A stretch of DNA of 64,000 bases from Octopus sinensis. Lineage: Eukaryota. The stretch is taken from contig NC_043018.1 of the NCBI RefSeq assembly GCF_006345805.1, positions 26,412,001 through 26,476,000 of the forward strand, in the 5' to 3' direction. Below, in pieces: positions 1 through 14,364 of the stretch (positions are counted from its first letter, which is position 1; the number at the start of each line of letters is the position of its first letter). Under the pieces are notes generated by a model. The model saw only the letters and a program-made list of their open reading frames with translations, was not told the origin of the DNA and searched no databases. The translations under genes were made by a program, and so were the position numbers.

Positions 1-63
1 AAAGCCTTGTGAGTGGATTTGCAAGCTGAACACTGAAATAAGGCCATTTACATTCATGTATAC

Positions 64-303
64 TGGCACGTAAAAAGCACCATCCGATCGTGGCCGTTGC
101 CAGCCTCGCCTGGCTCCCGTGCCAGTGGCACATAAAAAGCAGCCACTACACTCACGGTGTGGTTGGTGTTAGGAAGGGCATCCAGCCATAGAATCATTGC
201 CAGATCAGACTGGGCCTGGTGCAGCCTTCTGGCTTCCCAAACCCCAGTTGAACCGTCCAGCCCATGCTAGCATGGAAAGCGGACATTAAACAATGATGAT
301 GAT
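64..303 (+). mobile_element. RTE LINE 3'UTR end (truncated copy)
   Basis: Closely similar to 25560-25798 (gtggcacgtaaaaagcac...ggaagggcatccagc...catgctagcatgga). (GAT)n tail. Confidence 0.85.
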
Positions 304-1049
304 ACAGACACATGTATGTGTGTGTTTGCGTCTGCTTGTCTTGATAACAGTTGACAGTTGTCACTCTCATACAGCAGTGTTGTTCATTACCAATCTTTGG
401 TGAAAATGTCTCTCACCAAGGGAAAATTTTAGCTGATTTAAAAACTGTTAAGGGTTGGCAATTGGAAAACTCATCCACCTATGAAAAAAATCTACTCCAG
501 CAAATCAGGGCTGACCTGTACAAGCATGGCAAAATGGACATTAAAATGATGATATTTTTGGAAATTAATTTGTTTTATCTTAACGCTTAAAATATGTTTA
601 TGTAAATTAAATTCCATTTATTCACTTAGCTGGCATTTCTAGTATTACCAAGTCTTTTTTTTTTTTTGAACAGCTCAAATTTTAAACAATTTATATATTT
701 AATTTAATGTATAAAACGATCCAAGCCCTCCCTCAGCATAAGAATTCATTTAGTTTACAAGGAGCAGCTAAATTTTCCATAAATAATACCATATGGTATT
801 AAAAAGTGTAGGACACATTGGATAATGTTGTTCTCACTACGTTGTATCTGAAGGAAAAACAGGGATGGCTGGAATGCTTTTCATCAGAGGTCTGTTTGAC
901 AAAGGCTGACATAAAACTAAACAAATATGTAATTATACAAAAACACATGTTAATATATATGTAAAAGTGTGTATATGTGTACACATGCATGTGTGTGTGC
1001 ACATATGTAACTATTATCTAATTTCCATGTATGTGTATGATTATATATA

Positions 1050-1113
<64 letters not shown>

Positions 1114-1120
1114 TATATAC

Positions 1121-1164
<44 letters not shown>

Positions 1165-1188
1165 TAATATATATATATATATATATGT

Positions 1189-1220
<32 letters not shown>

Positions 1221-2709
1221 TATATATATATATATAAATAATAAAAAATAAATAGAAAGTTCAAACTGACATATGTTAATTTATTAACATAATAGTAATA
1301 TCCCTACAGTTGTTTCAATTCAAACTCAAAATCAATGACAAATTAATTTATAGTAATTCATATTTTGGAAACATTTTGAGTAAAAATCTCATCAGGGTAA
1401 GTCAGGACAAAAAAATTACATATTAGAAGTTTGAGACCCTTAAACAAACTGAATATATAATATACAGTCAGTTAGAATATCATGCTAATACTGTGAATGT
1501 TGTTGGTTTGAGCCCCATGCTGGCCAGTGACAACATTTTTAAGGCAGCACTCTAAGCACTGATACAGTCCAATTTATGAAACTTACAAAATTCATTAAAA
1601 CCAGATTAGATAAGCAATGTTCTCTATACAATGACCCCCCTGCTAATCTTGGGATTTAGAATACTTGCGTTGCTCAATTTAGGGCATTTGTTTTCCATAA
1701 AAATATATATTTACTTACCGATTAGTTTGTCCATTTCTTGAAATTCTAGCTCAGACTTGATATTTGGAGCCTTGGATTTGTTCAGATTCAACTCTCATTT
1801 CACTAGGATATGCCAGTTTTTAAAGTGCCAGTAGCTTTCCCCTTTTTATTCACTTTTTGCTAGTATGTTGTGTTGTGGCCTGATTCAGCAATGGCTGTAT
1901 TGAATTCATGAGAAAGTTTTCTTTCTTATGGCAAAAAAATTTTTGAAGAAAATATATTCTTTTCCAAGTGAAAATTAATAATAAAATTTTCACTTTCATT
2001 TTACATGATCATTATCTGACCTACCCCCATCGATTTTTATATCAAATATAACAAAAGAAGTCCTCTTCATTTCTGTATCATTTTCAACCCAAGTCTAGTT
2101 ATAGTGCTCCAGCGCATTGAATGGGAACAAGCGCTGTCATTCTGCAATCTAAAACAAAACTGGGACAAACGTGAATGGGTGGAAATACAATGGCAATTGA
2201 GGGAACTGCATGATATGAAAGTGTTGGACTTTGATCAAAAGCATACAAGAAGAGGGTTCACATCCAGAACTTCCAAACAATGTATAATTGTCAACAGGAA
2301 AAATATATCTTGACATGAAAAATGATCAAGGTTTTTGCATGGTCAAAATGTACTTCTTGCCACTTCTACAGAGCTTGACAATGATACTTGATAAAAACTG
2401 TGTAGATTTAGGATTTTCTGTCTTTATTTTAATAACTTGGATATTTATAGTCAGTAAATTGTTTATAATCCAACGAAGCAAACTCAGGATTTACCGACCG
2501 GGAGAAATACATTGGGATTGTTCACCTTAAGTAATCCTAAGTCGCAGCATATCATTCGTTGCAGTTAGCTAGAACTTGGATTATTCTAGAGTGCTTGAAC
2601 AGTACCTGGATCTATTATCCTTATCCATTCAATACACACAAACATACACATTTATATATATATATACACACACACACATATACATATATACATATATATA
2701 TATGTATAC

Positions 2710-2743
<34 letters not shown>

Positions 2744-2891
2744 GTATGTATATATGTATATGCATGTATGTATATATATATATGTATATGCATGTATGTA
2801 TATATATATATGTATGTATGTATATATATAATATATATATTTATATATGTGTGTATGTATGTATATATATATATCTATATGTGTGTATATA

Positions 2892-2942
<51 letters not shown>

Positions 2943-5193
2943 ACATATATAAACACACACACACACACACACACACATACATACATACATACATACAACA
3001 AAATATTTGGCAGAATCGTTGCAATGTTGGTAAAAATGCAATGTGGCATGCCTTCTGACACTTTGCGTTCTGGGTTCAAATCTTGTTGTGGTTAACTTTG
3101 TCTTTCAGTCATCCAGGGCAAAGGGGTAGAGTCAATATTATAAAGTCCTAACTGGGTACTGGAGACGATGGAATCAACTAAGGCCCATTTCCCTTCCAAA
3201 TTACTGGCCTTTAGAAACAATTATTTACAGAATTATAAGCAAAAAATAGAGAATAGTTCAGCCATGAATAATGAAAAAAATAAGAAAAGAAAATAACAAC
3301 AATAATAATAATAAATTTTATTATTTTTTTATGTGAATGTATATTGTATTTTTTATGTGATCTTATTTTTTTATATGCCACACATTTATCTCTCAGAGAT
3401 TTTTGACAATCTCTGTTTTAGCATGCTGTCACATAGAGTGTAGCAATTTTAACTTAACCAGGATTTTATACACACGGAATGTTTTTTTTAGAGCCTAATT
3501 TTATTTATATTTTTGTTTCCCTTGAAACACCTTAATAAAAGATTTATGCACTTCAGTTAATGCACAATTATATTTTAATGTTTCTTTCAGAATTTTTTCT
3601 CTTGTACATTCAATTTCCCATCAATTTTCTTTCATTGTTTTTTTTTTCTTTTTTTTTGTCGTTTTCTTTTTCTTAGAAATTTTCTTATTTTCTTCGTTTG
3701 TTTGTAATCTCAAGGTAAAAATAGAAAATATCACACAAGGGTTTTGAGAAATTGATTCTTTTATTTAATTGTCAAATATAATATTGATTTATTGTTTGTT
3801 AAAAAATATTGTCCAGCTAAGGCTGTATGTAGCTTTACAGGTATGGGAAGGAACATTTATAAAACAAAAGAAACTCATTTGGATTTATGATTATCTATTT
3901 TTTCAGTATCTAAGTAATAAAAATTTATAGAAAGAAAATATTAAGTTTCATTTAAGTACCTTTTTATTTATCTTTTATTCAATGGCTTTCAAATATATTT
4001 TATTTATATACTCAAACAAAAGCCCATTATAGATTTTCATTGAAATAAATCTTGTACATTTTTTGGTATTCCTTCTCCTACCTCCTTAAAATCATTTCTT
4101 TAGGTTTCAATTTTTTTTTTTATATAACTCTCAGATAACTTTGGTATTTAGTATTCCTTAATAACGAGGTAATTAATATGTATTGATTATATTGTATATA
4201 TTTATTTACACAGCATTTGATTATTCAAAGCTGTAGTTTGATAAAAAGCTTTAGTAGATAATACTGTCTTTGTAACATATTAATATCAATTTCCAATTTT
4301 TGACAATTCAAAGAGACGTCTCTATATAGAGTTCCAATTTTGAAACAACCTAACTAACGAACATTCTCAAAGGAGAATTAATTTGTCAACTATCATACTG
4401 TCTCTAAATTAAATTGACAGTTTCTAACCCAAAATAACTTTCCAATTAATTTTTATGCTCATTCTATCAACTTATAATCAACGTAACTGCCGCAGGCATG
4501 ACTGTGTCATTAACAGCCATTTCCTAACAATGTAGTTCCAAGACCAATCATCCCGCTGCACAACACCTTGAGCAAGTCTCTTCAGTCATCGCCACTGGGC
4601 CAACTGAAGCGATTTTAATGAAATTTGGTAGATGTGAAGTATGCAGAATCCAGTTAACTAAATGTCTGTCTATCTGTCTGTCTGTGTGTTGAGCCAACAA
4701 CTCTCCCTCTTCATTTATTTTCTGTTCACACACACATACTTGTATATGCATATAAACACACCACACACACACACACACACATACAATATATGTGTATATA
4801 TATATGTATATATATATGTATATATATATATATACATACTATTATGTATATTTATACATCTCTTTGATCATTTTAATTTATTACTGCAACACAACTTTAC
4901 ATGTTCTTTGAAATTCATGATAAGAAAGTATTTTGGGTGATATTTTTTCTAAAATTTCCTTTTTTTTTTCCATTTTAAACACTTAAAACTAGTTCCAGTG
5001 CCAAGTTTTGTTCTGGCTGACTAAAGGGTAACAATTGTTCCTTGACAAATTTCAGAGATGCTGGTTCCAAAGGTCATATCATAATGAGCTGTCATGTTTC
5101 ATTGCGCTTTCAAAGCACGTAAAATAGTTTGGAGTTATGTGGTCTGTGAATATAACCTCACAAGGTTCCATCACTTGTTATTGCTGTATATGT

Positions 5194-5492
5194 GGAGGCA
5201 CATGGCCTAGTGGTTAGAGCAGCATATTTGCGGTCGAGGGATCGCGGGTTCGAATCTCAGACTGGGCGATGTGTGTGTTTATGGGCGAGACACCTAAGCT
5301 CCACGCAGCTCTGGCAGAAGATAATGTCAAAACTTCTGCTGACTCTTTCACCACAATTTTTTCTCATTCTTTCCTCCTGCATCTTGCAGCTCACCTGCGA
5401 CGGACCGGTGTTCCATCCAGGTTGGGAACCTATACGCTCAGAAACTGGGAAACCGGCCCTTATGAGCCAGGCATGGCTCGAGAAGGAACAAC
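5194..5492 (+). mobile_element. tRNA-derived SINE, family 3
   Basis: A box TGGCCTAGTGG, B box GGTTCGAATC, non-tRNA body. A homologous copy lies at 14101-14296(-). Confidence 0.8.
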
Positions 5493-6512
5493 CTGTTAAC
5501 CTGTATTGCTGTATATAACCAAACAGTTTGCTACTTTAGCATTTCTGTTTTTTACTTAGATTTAAAACAAATAAATGATAGGTTAGCTATGGACTCACCC
5601 AGGATTAGAAACACTGGAACTTGGACCATCAGTTTCATGATACAGCTGTAGAGCCCAGCAGGGTCCCCTCCATCCAGTCCTTGATACCTGTGCTTCATCT
5701 ATATCCTTGTCATTTACAAACGCAGTATTTTATCTGCCCAGCCCCCTAGGAAGTGGGCACAAAAAATCTGATCCCAGATAAAATTGGCAATATTTTTGGA
5801 AGTCAGTCAGTCACCGGCTGACACTCGCTGACGATACATTGAAGAGGCCAGGGAACAGAAGAAAGAAGACATGCACCCAACACCAGAGCTGAAGACACTT
5901 CCGAAAGGAGGTGCCCCGCCACGTCAAAACAGTAGAGAAGTAGGGGCTGAAATGGGATGTGGTTTCTCCTGACGATGTCTTGAGCTAACTGGATCCTATA
6001 AAGGAGCTGTTGTGGTAGCAGACCACGAAACACGGTTGTAATTCCTCCTTTGGCTATGTTATCAGGGCTCAGAACAGGATCAGTGATGATAGTTGCTATC
6101 TAACCATCATCACTCTCTCTTCTATGACTGACTCATTCACTCTGCCAATCACTTTACTGCTGCACATATAAACAGACACAAGCTTACATACGTGCATCTG
6201 TGCATACTTGTCTGTGTCTTTGTTTATTGCAGTTTTAATATCCCTATGTTGTTTATGTTGCATCACTCTATGTCGTATGACTTAGCAAATTGATAAGTAG
6301 AAATCGATAAAATAAGTAGCATCACTGCAGCAAGTACGGGTGTCAGTGTGGTTGGGTTTTTAATCCAATGAAAGCAGTGCCCCAGCTTGGCCACAGTCAC
6401 CAAAAGAAGTGAAAGAGTAAAATAACTAAAAAATAAGTGATTTGATAAGAAATCTCAGATTGTTAAAGCAAATAACAAAACAGGAATTTATACACACACA
6501 CACATTTATATA

Positions 6513-6738
6513 TACTCTTTTACTCTTTTACTTGTTTCATTCATTTGACTGTGGCCATGCTGGAGCACCGCCTTTAGTTGAGCAAATCGACCCTGGGACT
6601 TATTCTTTGTAAGCCCAGTACTTATTCTATCGGTCTCTTTTGCCGAACCGCTAAGTGACGGTGGCGTAAACACACCAGCATCGGTTGTCAAGCAATGCTA
6701 GGAGGGACAAACACAGACACACAAACACACACACACAC

Positions 6739-6790
<52 letters not shown>

Positions 6791-6955
6791 TACGACAGGC
6801 TTCTTTCAGTTTCCGTCTACCAAATCCACTCACAAGGCATTGGTCGGCCCAGGGCTATAGTAGAAGACACTTGTCCAAGATGCCACGCAGTGGGACTGAA
6901 CACAGAACCATGTGGTTGGTTAGCAAGCTACTTACCACACAGCCACTCCTGCGCC
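6513..6955 (-). mobile_element. tRNA-derived SINE, family 2 (CORE-like central motif, internal microsatellite, (GTAAAAGA)n tail), young copy
   Basis: A box TGGCTGTGTGGTAAG, B box GGTTCnGTCCC, then a ccttgg(a/g)caag CORE-like motif. Closely similar to 36243-36653, 54999-55405 and 63308-63724. tRNA-derived octopus SINEs (OK/OR1/OR2) are known, but I cannot assign the exact family. Confidence 0.88.
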
Positions 6956-7250
6956 TATATATATATATAAATTAATAAAGGCTAGACGCAATATAAAATC
7001 AAAAACAAAGAATTCAGCTGTCACTAATAGTGACTGAGGGTGCATTGCAGTACCTACATTGCTAGAGATAAGAGTCAATAAAACCTTATAGCCATAAACA
7101 CAGCACAAGTCTATGTGCTGACAGGGAAGATAACCACCCCATAGCAAGTGAGGGTACTAAATCAGCGAGCTAATTTTGCTTGAAATTAAAGCTCATCAGT
7201 AGTACTGCTCCATCACTTATCAATATATATATATATATACATATACGTAC

Positions 7251-7291
<41 letters not shown>

Positions 7292-9910
7292 GACAGACAG
7301 ATTGGTGTAATTGGTTAGTACACTTATCGCGAATATAAGAGATGTGGGTTTGATTCCCATGCATGCCAATGCCTACATTTTTCCCGTTGAGGGCTTATAT
7401 TCCCCAGGAGACTATTTTCTTTAGTCAATGCTCAATGAATGTTTATAAGCTTAAAGCTTATAATTATCATTATTTACAGAATTTTCACTCATCACTGTCT
7501 CTTCATCTAAGGCAGCATATATATATATATATATATATATATGATGTTGGTACTTTGAGGAAAACTTTTATTTAGCAATAATAGTCAAAACATACTTTTT
7601 GCTGTTTATTAAAGCTGAAAGAAATGTTGTCTGTTTGGTAGTGGGTTCTTCTTTTTCCTCTATTTACCCTTATAACATCAAAAGGATTTTTTTCTTTTTT
7701 AAGCAATGGGATGTGAATATCTTTCGACTGAGTAGTTGTGGGTATTTATCGCTAGTTCAAAGGAAAGTTTAAAATACGTTTTACTGCACAATGTAAATAA
7801 CTTGCCTCCATTGCAATTAGTCCACTTGGTTCATCTTGAGGAAATTTCTGACATGAAAATCAATATTCGCAAAGATCAAGTAATACAAACATGCTGGATC
7901 GTTTTATCTAAATTAACTCCATGGAGCAGTTGCATTTGTTTTATTGCATTTTCTAGCTGATCAATACTCACCTTGTTATTATTGAACTGTTATCTGTGTT
8001 AGTATATAAAATCTCTCAGAAATGTAATTATGATTTTTTTTTTGTTTTTGTAAAACAATTTGACATGATAAGCAAATGGTGACCTCTTATTTGGTGTCAG
8101 CACACTGAAAAAGTAAGCTAGATCAACCTGCTTTTGTTGAATCAGCAGAAAATATGATTCAAGAGACAAGGCAGTGTTATAATTAAAACTCTTTGAATTA
8201 ATTGCTTTTATAACATAATTATTTTGGGAGTGTTTTTTTTTTATATGTAATTTGAATTTAAGTCTATTTCTTAAAATTAATAAAAAAAATGTATTACTTG
8301 TTAATTAGTTATTTTACACACACACACACACACACACATACACATATATACACACACATTTATACACACACACTCTCACACACACATACACATATATAAT
8401 TAATTTTCGTATCTGTTGGATCATTTCCACTTCTTGGATAGCAAAAGCAAAGTCCTTCAGGTTAGATGTAATCTCTGTGTGTGTGTGTGTGTGTGTGTGT
8501 TTAATGTTGACTGCCAGAAGAATAAGTACTCAATATCATAGTAGAGATCAATGATATTTATAATTTTGGGTTGCAGGCTCAGGAATGCGTGAGTGCCATG
8601 ATGTCAACTGCAAGCAAGAGATCACCAAAGTTCCCAATGCCATTCCCTGCATATCTGGGTTTATATCAGAGTGACCTCCTAGAAACCCATTTTAATAAAA
8701 GCTGAGGGGTGCCTCACTCCCAGTGGTCCAGACGCCAACCAGGAATTTCTGGGTGCTCATGGTATTTGTAGGTAGTTGTTGAACCTACACTGGTTTTATC
8801 CATCTTTTGCAGCGGTCTTGTTTATAATTCTGGTTGGAATGCAAGTTTAGTCACTGATGACATGACCGTGTGACAGTTTGTACTGGAATCCGTGATAATA
8901 GTACACAGGATCTGGAACAGGAGGTGCAGAGAGTGCAAGCACACCTGCTTTAATTCTTGGAGTGGGGATGAAAACACTTTGAATAGCCTTCTGAAAAGCT
9001 TCCTCACCAAAATGAACAACCATACAAACATTTTTAGATTGATTTGAAACAGACACAGATGTAGCTGTGTGGTAAGAAGCTTGCTTCTGAATGACATGGT
9101 CCTGGGCAAGTTCCTTCTACTATAGTCTCCTTAGGCAAGTTTCTTCTGCTATACCTCTTGAGCTGACCGAAGCTTTGTGAGTAGAAACTGAAAGATGTCC
9201 ATGTTGGTGCATTTTTGATATAAAGATTTTAAAAACCAGCCTTGCTTGTGAAATATTTATGGACCTGGGTTTGCACCCCCTGAGCAAATTTCGTTCCCAC
9301 ACTAATATACCAGTAATACACATATTTGATCTGTCTGTGTTGTACAGACAAGGTCCCTTGTCATTCTTGCTATTGTAAAAGCCGTGTGCAGTGAACCAGT
9401 GATTGACCCCTTGGAAACATGTTCCAGACAACTCTACTCTTCATAAAAGTCATTGCAAAATAAAATAAAATAAATACAGCTGTTGTTGATATCATAAGAA
9501 TTTATAAACTTTCAAGAGAATGTGAAATAATTACTTTTGGAACAATGGATCTCGGAGCCCATAAAGCTATAAATAATAGTATGTAAATATTGGCTGCCCA
9601 GCAACCTTCAACATTTGCTATTCAAAAAGGTTTTTCGACCAAATATTTACATGTTATTGTTTCATTGCTTCATGTGCTTCAAGAGGCACTATTCCCCACC
9701 AAAAAAATATAATAATAATAATAATAATCAAATGCAGCTGTGTTTTTAATCATCCACTCTAAAGACATGAATTTTAATTATTACTGCTAGATTCATAAAA
9801 AAAACCCAAAAGAACTCATTAATTCTTTGAAACTATCTCACTTTATTCACAATCTTGCTTTAACATGGTATTTTGAAATTGTTATTAAATTCTCTGAAAT
9901 ATTATTTCAG

Positions 9911-9988
9911 ACAATGGTTGCGTCAAAACGCAATGCAGGAGTTCCATCAGCCATGGTTGCTCGCCAGTCATTAAATGATGAAGAATTG
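9911..9988 (+). CDS. unc-13: UNC-13/Munc13 internal coding exon A (TMVASKRNAGVPSAMVARQSLNDEEL), just upstream of C1
   Basis: tttcag acceptor, gtaag donor, 78 nt, phase 0/0. Joins in frame to exon B, giving the LNDEELKMHVYKK motif I recognise from UNC-13 proteins. Confidence 0.9.
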
Positions 9989-11248
9989 GTAAGTTTCCCT
10001 GACAGGCAGTCTTTTATTTATTCCTTCATCCATTTATTTTAAACATTGTTTCATAACATACGCTTTACTCTGTCAAATGTAATACATATTTATTTATATC
10101 ATTTAGAATTAACAATGTATTGTATCATAGCTTTGAGAATTCAATGATGTGACCATTTATTTTTAGCATGACATTGTAGGGTAGGTGTATGAGGCTGGAT
10201 CTGGCCAGTTTTATTAAAGAGGTAGTATATTTGGGTCAGATATATTCAGTTGAGCACAGAAATGTAAAACTTTCCAAATATGATAGCATGATGTATCTAG
10301 TCTGGTGCTTTCCTACTTATGCCGACTAATGTACTCTAATTTTGCTATTTCAAATAATATATATCAAGTAAGAAATATCGAAAGTTGTGATTGGTTGACA
10401 ATTGCATCTTTCTGTTCAACCCTTTTAACACCAACCCACCCTGGTTCCGTGGTGGAAACTTCCTGTCTAACATTCGGATTACTTTGTCAAATATCATGCT
10501 TATTATTTATTCACATTGTTTTGAATTAATCATGCACTATCTCATTACTTTGAGAGTTCATTGATGTGGCTATATATCTTTAGAATGACATTGTAGGGTA
10601 GGTGTGAGAGGCCAGATCTAGCCATTTTGAGCATAAAACAGGTGGAATATTTGGGCTGGACATGGTCAGCTTAAATTCTTACTCAGAAGTATAGAGCATT
10701 CCAAACAAGATAGCCTGATGTATTTAGTCTGGTGTTTTCCTACTTATGCCAACTAATGCACTCTAATTTTGTTATTTTAAATAATATATCAAGTAAGAAG
10801 TATCAAAAGTTGTGATTGGTTGACAATTGCATCTTTCTGTTCAACCCTTTTGATACCAACCCACCTTAGTCTGACCCTGTTTCCATGATTCAAATTTCCT
10901 TTCTAAACCATTTAGCATTCAGATTATTCTCTGGAATGTAATATTTATTTATTCACATTGTTTTGTTTTTTTATTAATCATGCATTATTTTATAGATTCA
11001 AGATTTCAATGCTCTGATTATTTACATGTAGAATAACATTGTAGGGTAGGAGTGAGAAGTTGTATCTGACTAGTTTGAATATAAAACAGGTAGAATATTT
11101 GGGTCAGATATGGCCGTAAGTGATTAAATGTATCTCTAGAATATATTTTAAAAGTTATTTCATTGTTTATTCATGAAATATACTTCAAATCCAATTAAAA
11201 TTCTTTTTAATTATCTAATTTTTTTCTTTCTTTCTTCTTATTATTTAG

Positions 11249-11468
11249 AAAATGCATGTTTACAAGAAAACTCTGCAAGCCTTAATCTATCCCATATCCA
11301 GCACAACCCCCCATAACTTTGTTGTCTGGACAGCAACATCCCCTACATATTGTTTTGAATGTGAGGGGTTGTTGTGGGGTTTAGCACGGCAGGGTGTTCG
11401 TTGCACAGAATGTGGAGTGAAATGCCATGAAAAATGCAAAGATCTGCTTAATGCAGATTGCCTACAAA
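11249..11468 (+). CDS. unc-13: UNC-13 exon B encoding the DAG/phorbol-ester-binding C1 domain (11312-11461)
   Basis: Polypyrimidine tract plus tttag acceptor, gtgagt donor, 220 nt. [73 protein letters not shown] has complete H-x12-C-x2-C-x13-C-x2-C-x4-H-x2-C-x7-C spacing. Confidence 0.97.
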
Positions 11469-11561
11469 GTGAGTATTAAAAACATAAAAGATGTTTTTCT
11501 TTCTTTTCTTTCAATATGTATTTTCATGCATGAATCTATTCGTTAACTTCTAAAGATTTCT

Positions 11562-11790
11562 TTAACCTTTTAGTGTTCGCATTATTCTGCCAAAATCAAT
11601 GCTTCTTCATCCACATTGTTTTGAACTAGTCATGCATTATCTTGTAGCTATGAGATTTTGATGAGGTAGCTGTTAATTTTTAAAACAATATTGTAGGGTT
11701 GGTGTGAGAGACCAGATCTGGCCAGTTTGACCATAAAACAGGCAGAATACTTTTGGCCGGATATGGCCGGTTTAAATGCTAAAGGGTTAA
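11562..11790 (+). mobile_element. piggyBac-like MITE
   Basis: TTAA at both ends. Right terminus aatgctaaaggg; left terminus ccctttagcatt (perfect in the copy at 15726). Homologous copies at about 10040-10250, 10480-10680, 10904-11130, 15726-16260 and 26244-26464. Confidence 0.75.
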
Positions 11791-12067
11791 AAAAAAACAT
11801 GGTGCAATGAAGAAATCTGTACGTGGTTGAATATAAAGCTATCTTTCACATTATGGAAGTATTGTGTTCACACTATTTTCTATCTGTTATTGTTTTAATC
11901 ATTGGACAATAGCCATGCTGGGGCACCACCTTCAAGGGTTAAGTCAAACAAATTATAAGCCTGGTATTGATGCTGTCATCTTTTATTGAGCCATTCAGTT
12001 ACAGGGATGTCAGGAAACCAACACTGGTTATCAAGCAGAAGAAGGGCAAACACACACACACACCCAG

Positions 12068-12296
12068 GGCAGTGAGCTGGCAGAATCGTTAGCACGCTGG
12101 GCGAAATGCGTAGCCGTATTTCATCTGCCATTATGTTCTAAGTTCAAATTCTGCTGAGGTTGACTTTGCTTTTCATCCTTTGAGGGTCGATAAATAAAGT
12201 ACCAGGTACGCACTGGGGTCGATGTAATCGACTTGATCCGTTTGTCTGTCCTTGTTTGTCCCCTCTATGTTTAGCCCCTTGTGGGTAATAAAGAAA
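12068..12296 (+). mobile_element. tRNA-derived SINE, family 1 (tail A ending AAAGAAA), inserted in the (CA)n of a family-2 SINE
   Basis: A box TGGCAGAATCGTTAG, B box AGTTCAAATTC, tail gtttgtctgtccttgtttgtcccctc...aaagaaa. Confidence 0.85.
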
Positions 12297-14100
12297 CACA
12301 CACACACACACATATATATATACACACACACACACATATATATATCTATATGTGACAGTGCATGGCTCAGTGGTTAGAGAGTCAAGCTTACAATCATGAA
12401 GTTGTGAGTTCTATTCCCGGACCAGGATGAAAGGTAAAGTCGACCTCAGCAGAATTTGAACTCACAATGTAATGGCAGACAAAATACCGCTAAGCATTTC
12501 GCCCGGCGTGCTAACGTTTCTGCCAGCTCGCCGCATTCAGGCCACTCTGCAAGTTGGTTGGCATCAGGAAAAGCATCCAGCCATAAAGACCATGCCAAAG
12601 CAGACACAGAAGCTTAGTACAGTCTTCTGGTTTGTCAGCTCCTGTCAAACTGTCTGACTCATGCCATGGAAAATGGACATTTGATGATGATGGTGATGGT
12701 GATGATGGCAATGATGCTGATGATGCTGATGATAATGATGACGATGACATGTAAAGACTATGGTTTATTTGACTAAGCCTCACTCTATCGATGACTTTTG
12801 GGTGAGGATAATTCACATAATTTAGGGTATAACTGTAAATAAAATTGTAAAATATATTTCTTGAACCTATTTTTTTTGAAACCTGGTTCTTATTCTATTA
12901 GTCCCTTGTGCTGAACTGCAAAGTCATGGAGACGTAAACAAACCAACATTGGTTGTCAAGTGGTGGAATGGGGACAAACACAGAGACACACATATATATA
13001 CGGTGGCTTCTTTCAGTTTCTGCTGACCAAATCCACTCACAAGGCTTTGGTCAACCTGTGGTTATAGTTGAAGACATTTGCCCAAGGTGCCATGCAGTGG
13101 GACTGAACCCAGAACCATGTGACTGAGGGGCAAACTTCTTACCATTTGGCCACGCCTGTACCTGGGAGTATAATTTTTGTCAGATGGCAATTAACTTCTC
13201 TGTCACCTTGTCAGATGGATGTTAATGTCAATGAGGTCCTTTGAAATGGCAATTAATATTACTGTGGTCTTACCACTTGACTATTAAGTCCAATGACATC
13301 TTAATAGATGGTCATTAACTTCAATGCAACCTTCCAACATAAAACGATTCCCTACCTCTGCTTTCGGTGGCCAAGCTTAATTTGTCCCTCCCTGTTTAAC
13401 ATCACCTCCTGTTACCTAGGATGTCTTTAGCAGAGTCCACTCTCTTGTAAATATCTCAAGTAATTCTTTGATCTGTGGCTAACTTCCTCCTACCGAGTAC
13501 TTGTGAAGGATTGTTAGGTGAAACTCTTTCTCCTCTGATTAAAATGTAAAATGATAATTCTTTCTTCTCTTTTTTTTTTTCTTTTTAAAATATTATTTCA
13601 GCACTATCAGTAAAAATCAATTTCTCAAATTATGATAAAAATGATTTATGCTAGTTTAGATTTAATAAACTTACCGAAGAATAAGGATATAACCGTAACT
13701 TAGCGGTTCAGCAAAAGAGGCCGATAGAATGAGTACTAGGCTTACAAAGAATAAGTCCTGGGGTCGATTTGCTCGACTAAAGGCAGCACTCCAGCATAGC
13801 CACAGTCAAATGACTGAAACAAATAAAAGAGTAAAAGAGTATATATATTCATAATCATTAACGAGGAAAAAAAAATTGCTTTCATTAAAATTATTAAAGA
13901 AATTTCATACTTTTAGTCGTTGTAGCACTCCGTTGGTTACAACGACGAGGGTTCCAGTTGATCCAATCAACGGAACAGCCTGCTCGTGAAATTAATGTGC
14001 AAGTGGCTGAGCACTCCACAGATATGTGTACCCTTAACGTAGTTCTTGGGGAGATTCAGCATGAGATAGTGTGTGACAAGGCTGGCCCTTTGAAATACAA

Positions 14101-14296
14101 CAGGAACAGGAAGAAAGAGAGAGAGGAAGTTGTGGTGAAAGAGTACAGCAGGGTTCGCCACCACTTCCTTGTCAGGGCCTTGTGGAGCTTTAGGTGTTTT
14201 CGCTCAATAAACACTCATAGCACTCGGTCTGGGAATCGAAACCGTGATCCCACGACTGCAAGTCTGCTGCCCTAACCAGTGGGCCATTGTGCCTCC
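14101..14296 (-). mobile_element. Family-3 SINE (3'-truncated)
   Basis: Reverse complement aligns with 5194-5390. Confidence 0.75.
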
Positions 14297-14364
14297 ACAT
14301 ACTTTCAGTAGTATCAAAAGGAAAGTTGCTACTGAATGTGGTGAAAGATAGGTAGATATGTCCA

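Noticed and set aside
5194-5270. tRNA gene calls for SINE heads (also families 1, 2 and 4)
   Set aside because: A/B boxes are present but there is no 3' acceptor stem, and each continues into a repeated SINE body.
8560-9056. Possible coding region (ORF 8847-9056, minus strand)
   Set aside because: No motif recognised, stops in adjacent sequence and no convincing splice sites. Possibly an old TE fragment.
1-9910. Upstream unc-13 exon (expected ...PLVS(D/E)L-type end)
   Set aside because: I found no segment with this motif and a phase-0 donor, so it probably lies outside the window.
11252-11479. Stand-alone 75-aa ORF starting at ATG 11252
   Set aside because: It is an internal exon: the acceptor lies at 11248, the donor at 11469, and in-frame exons flank it.
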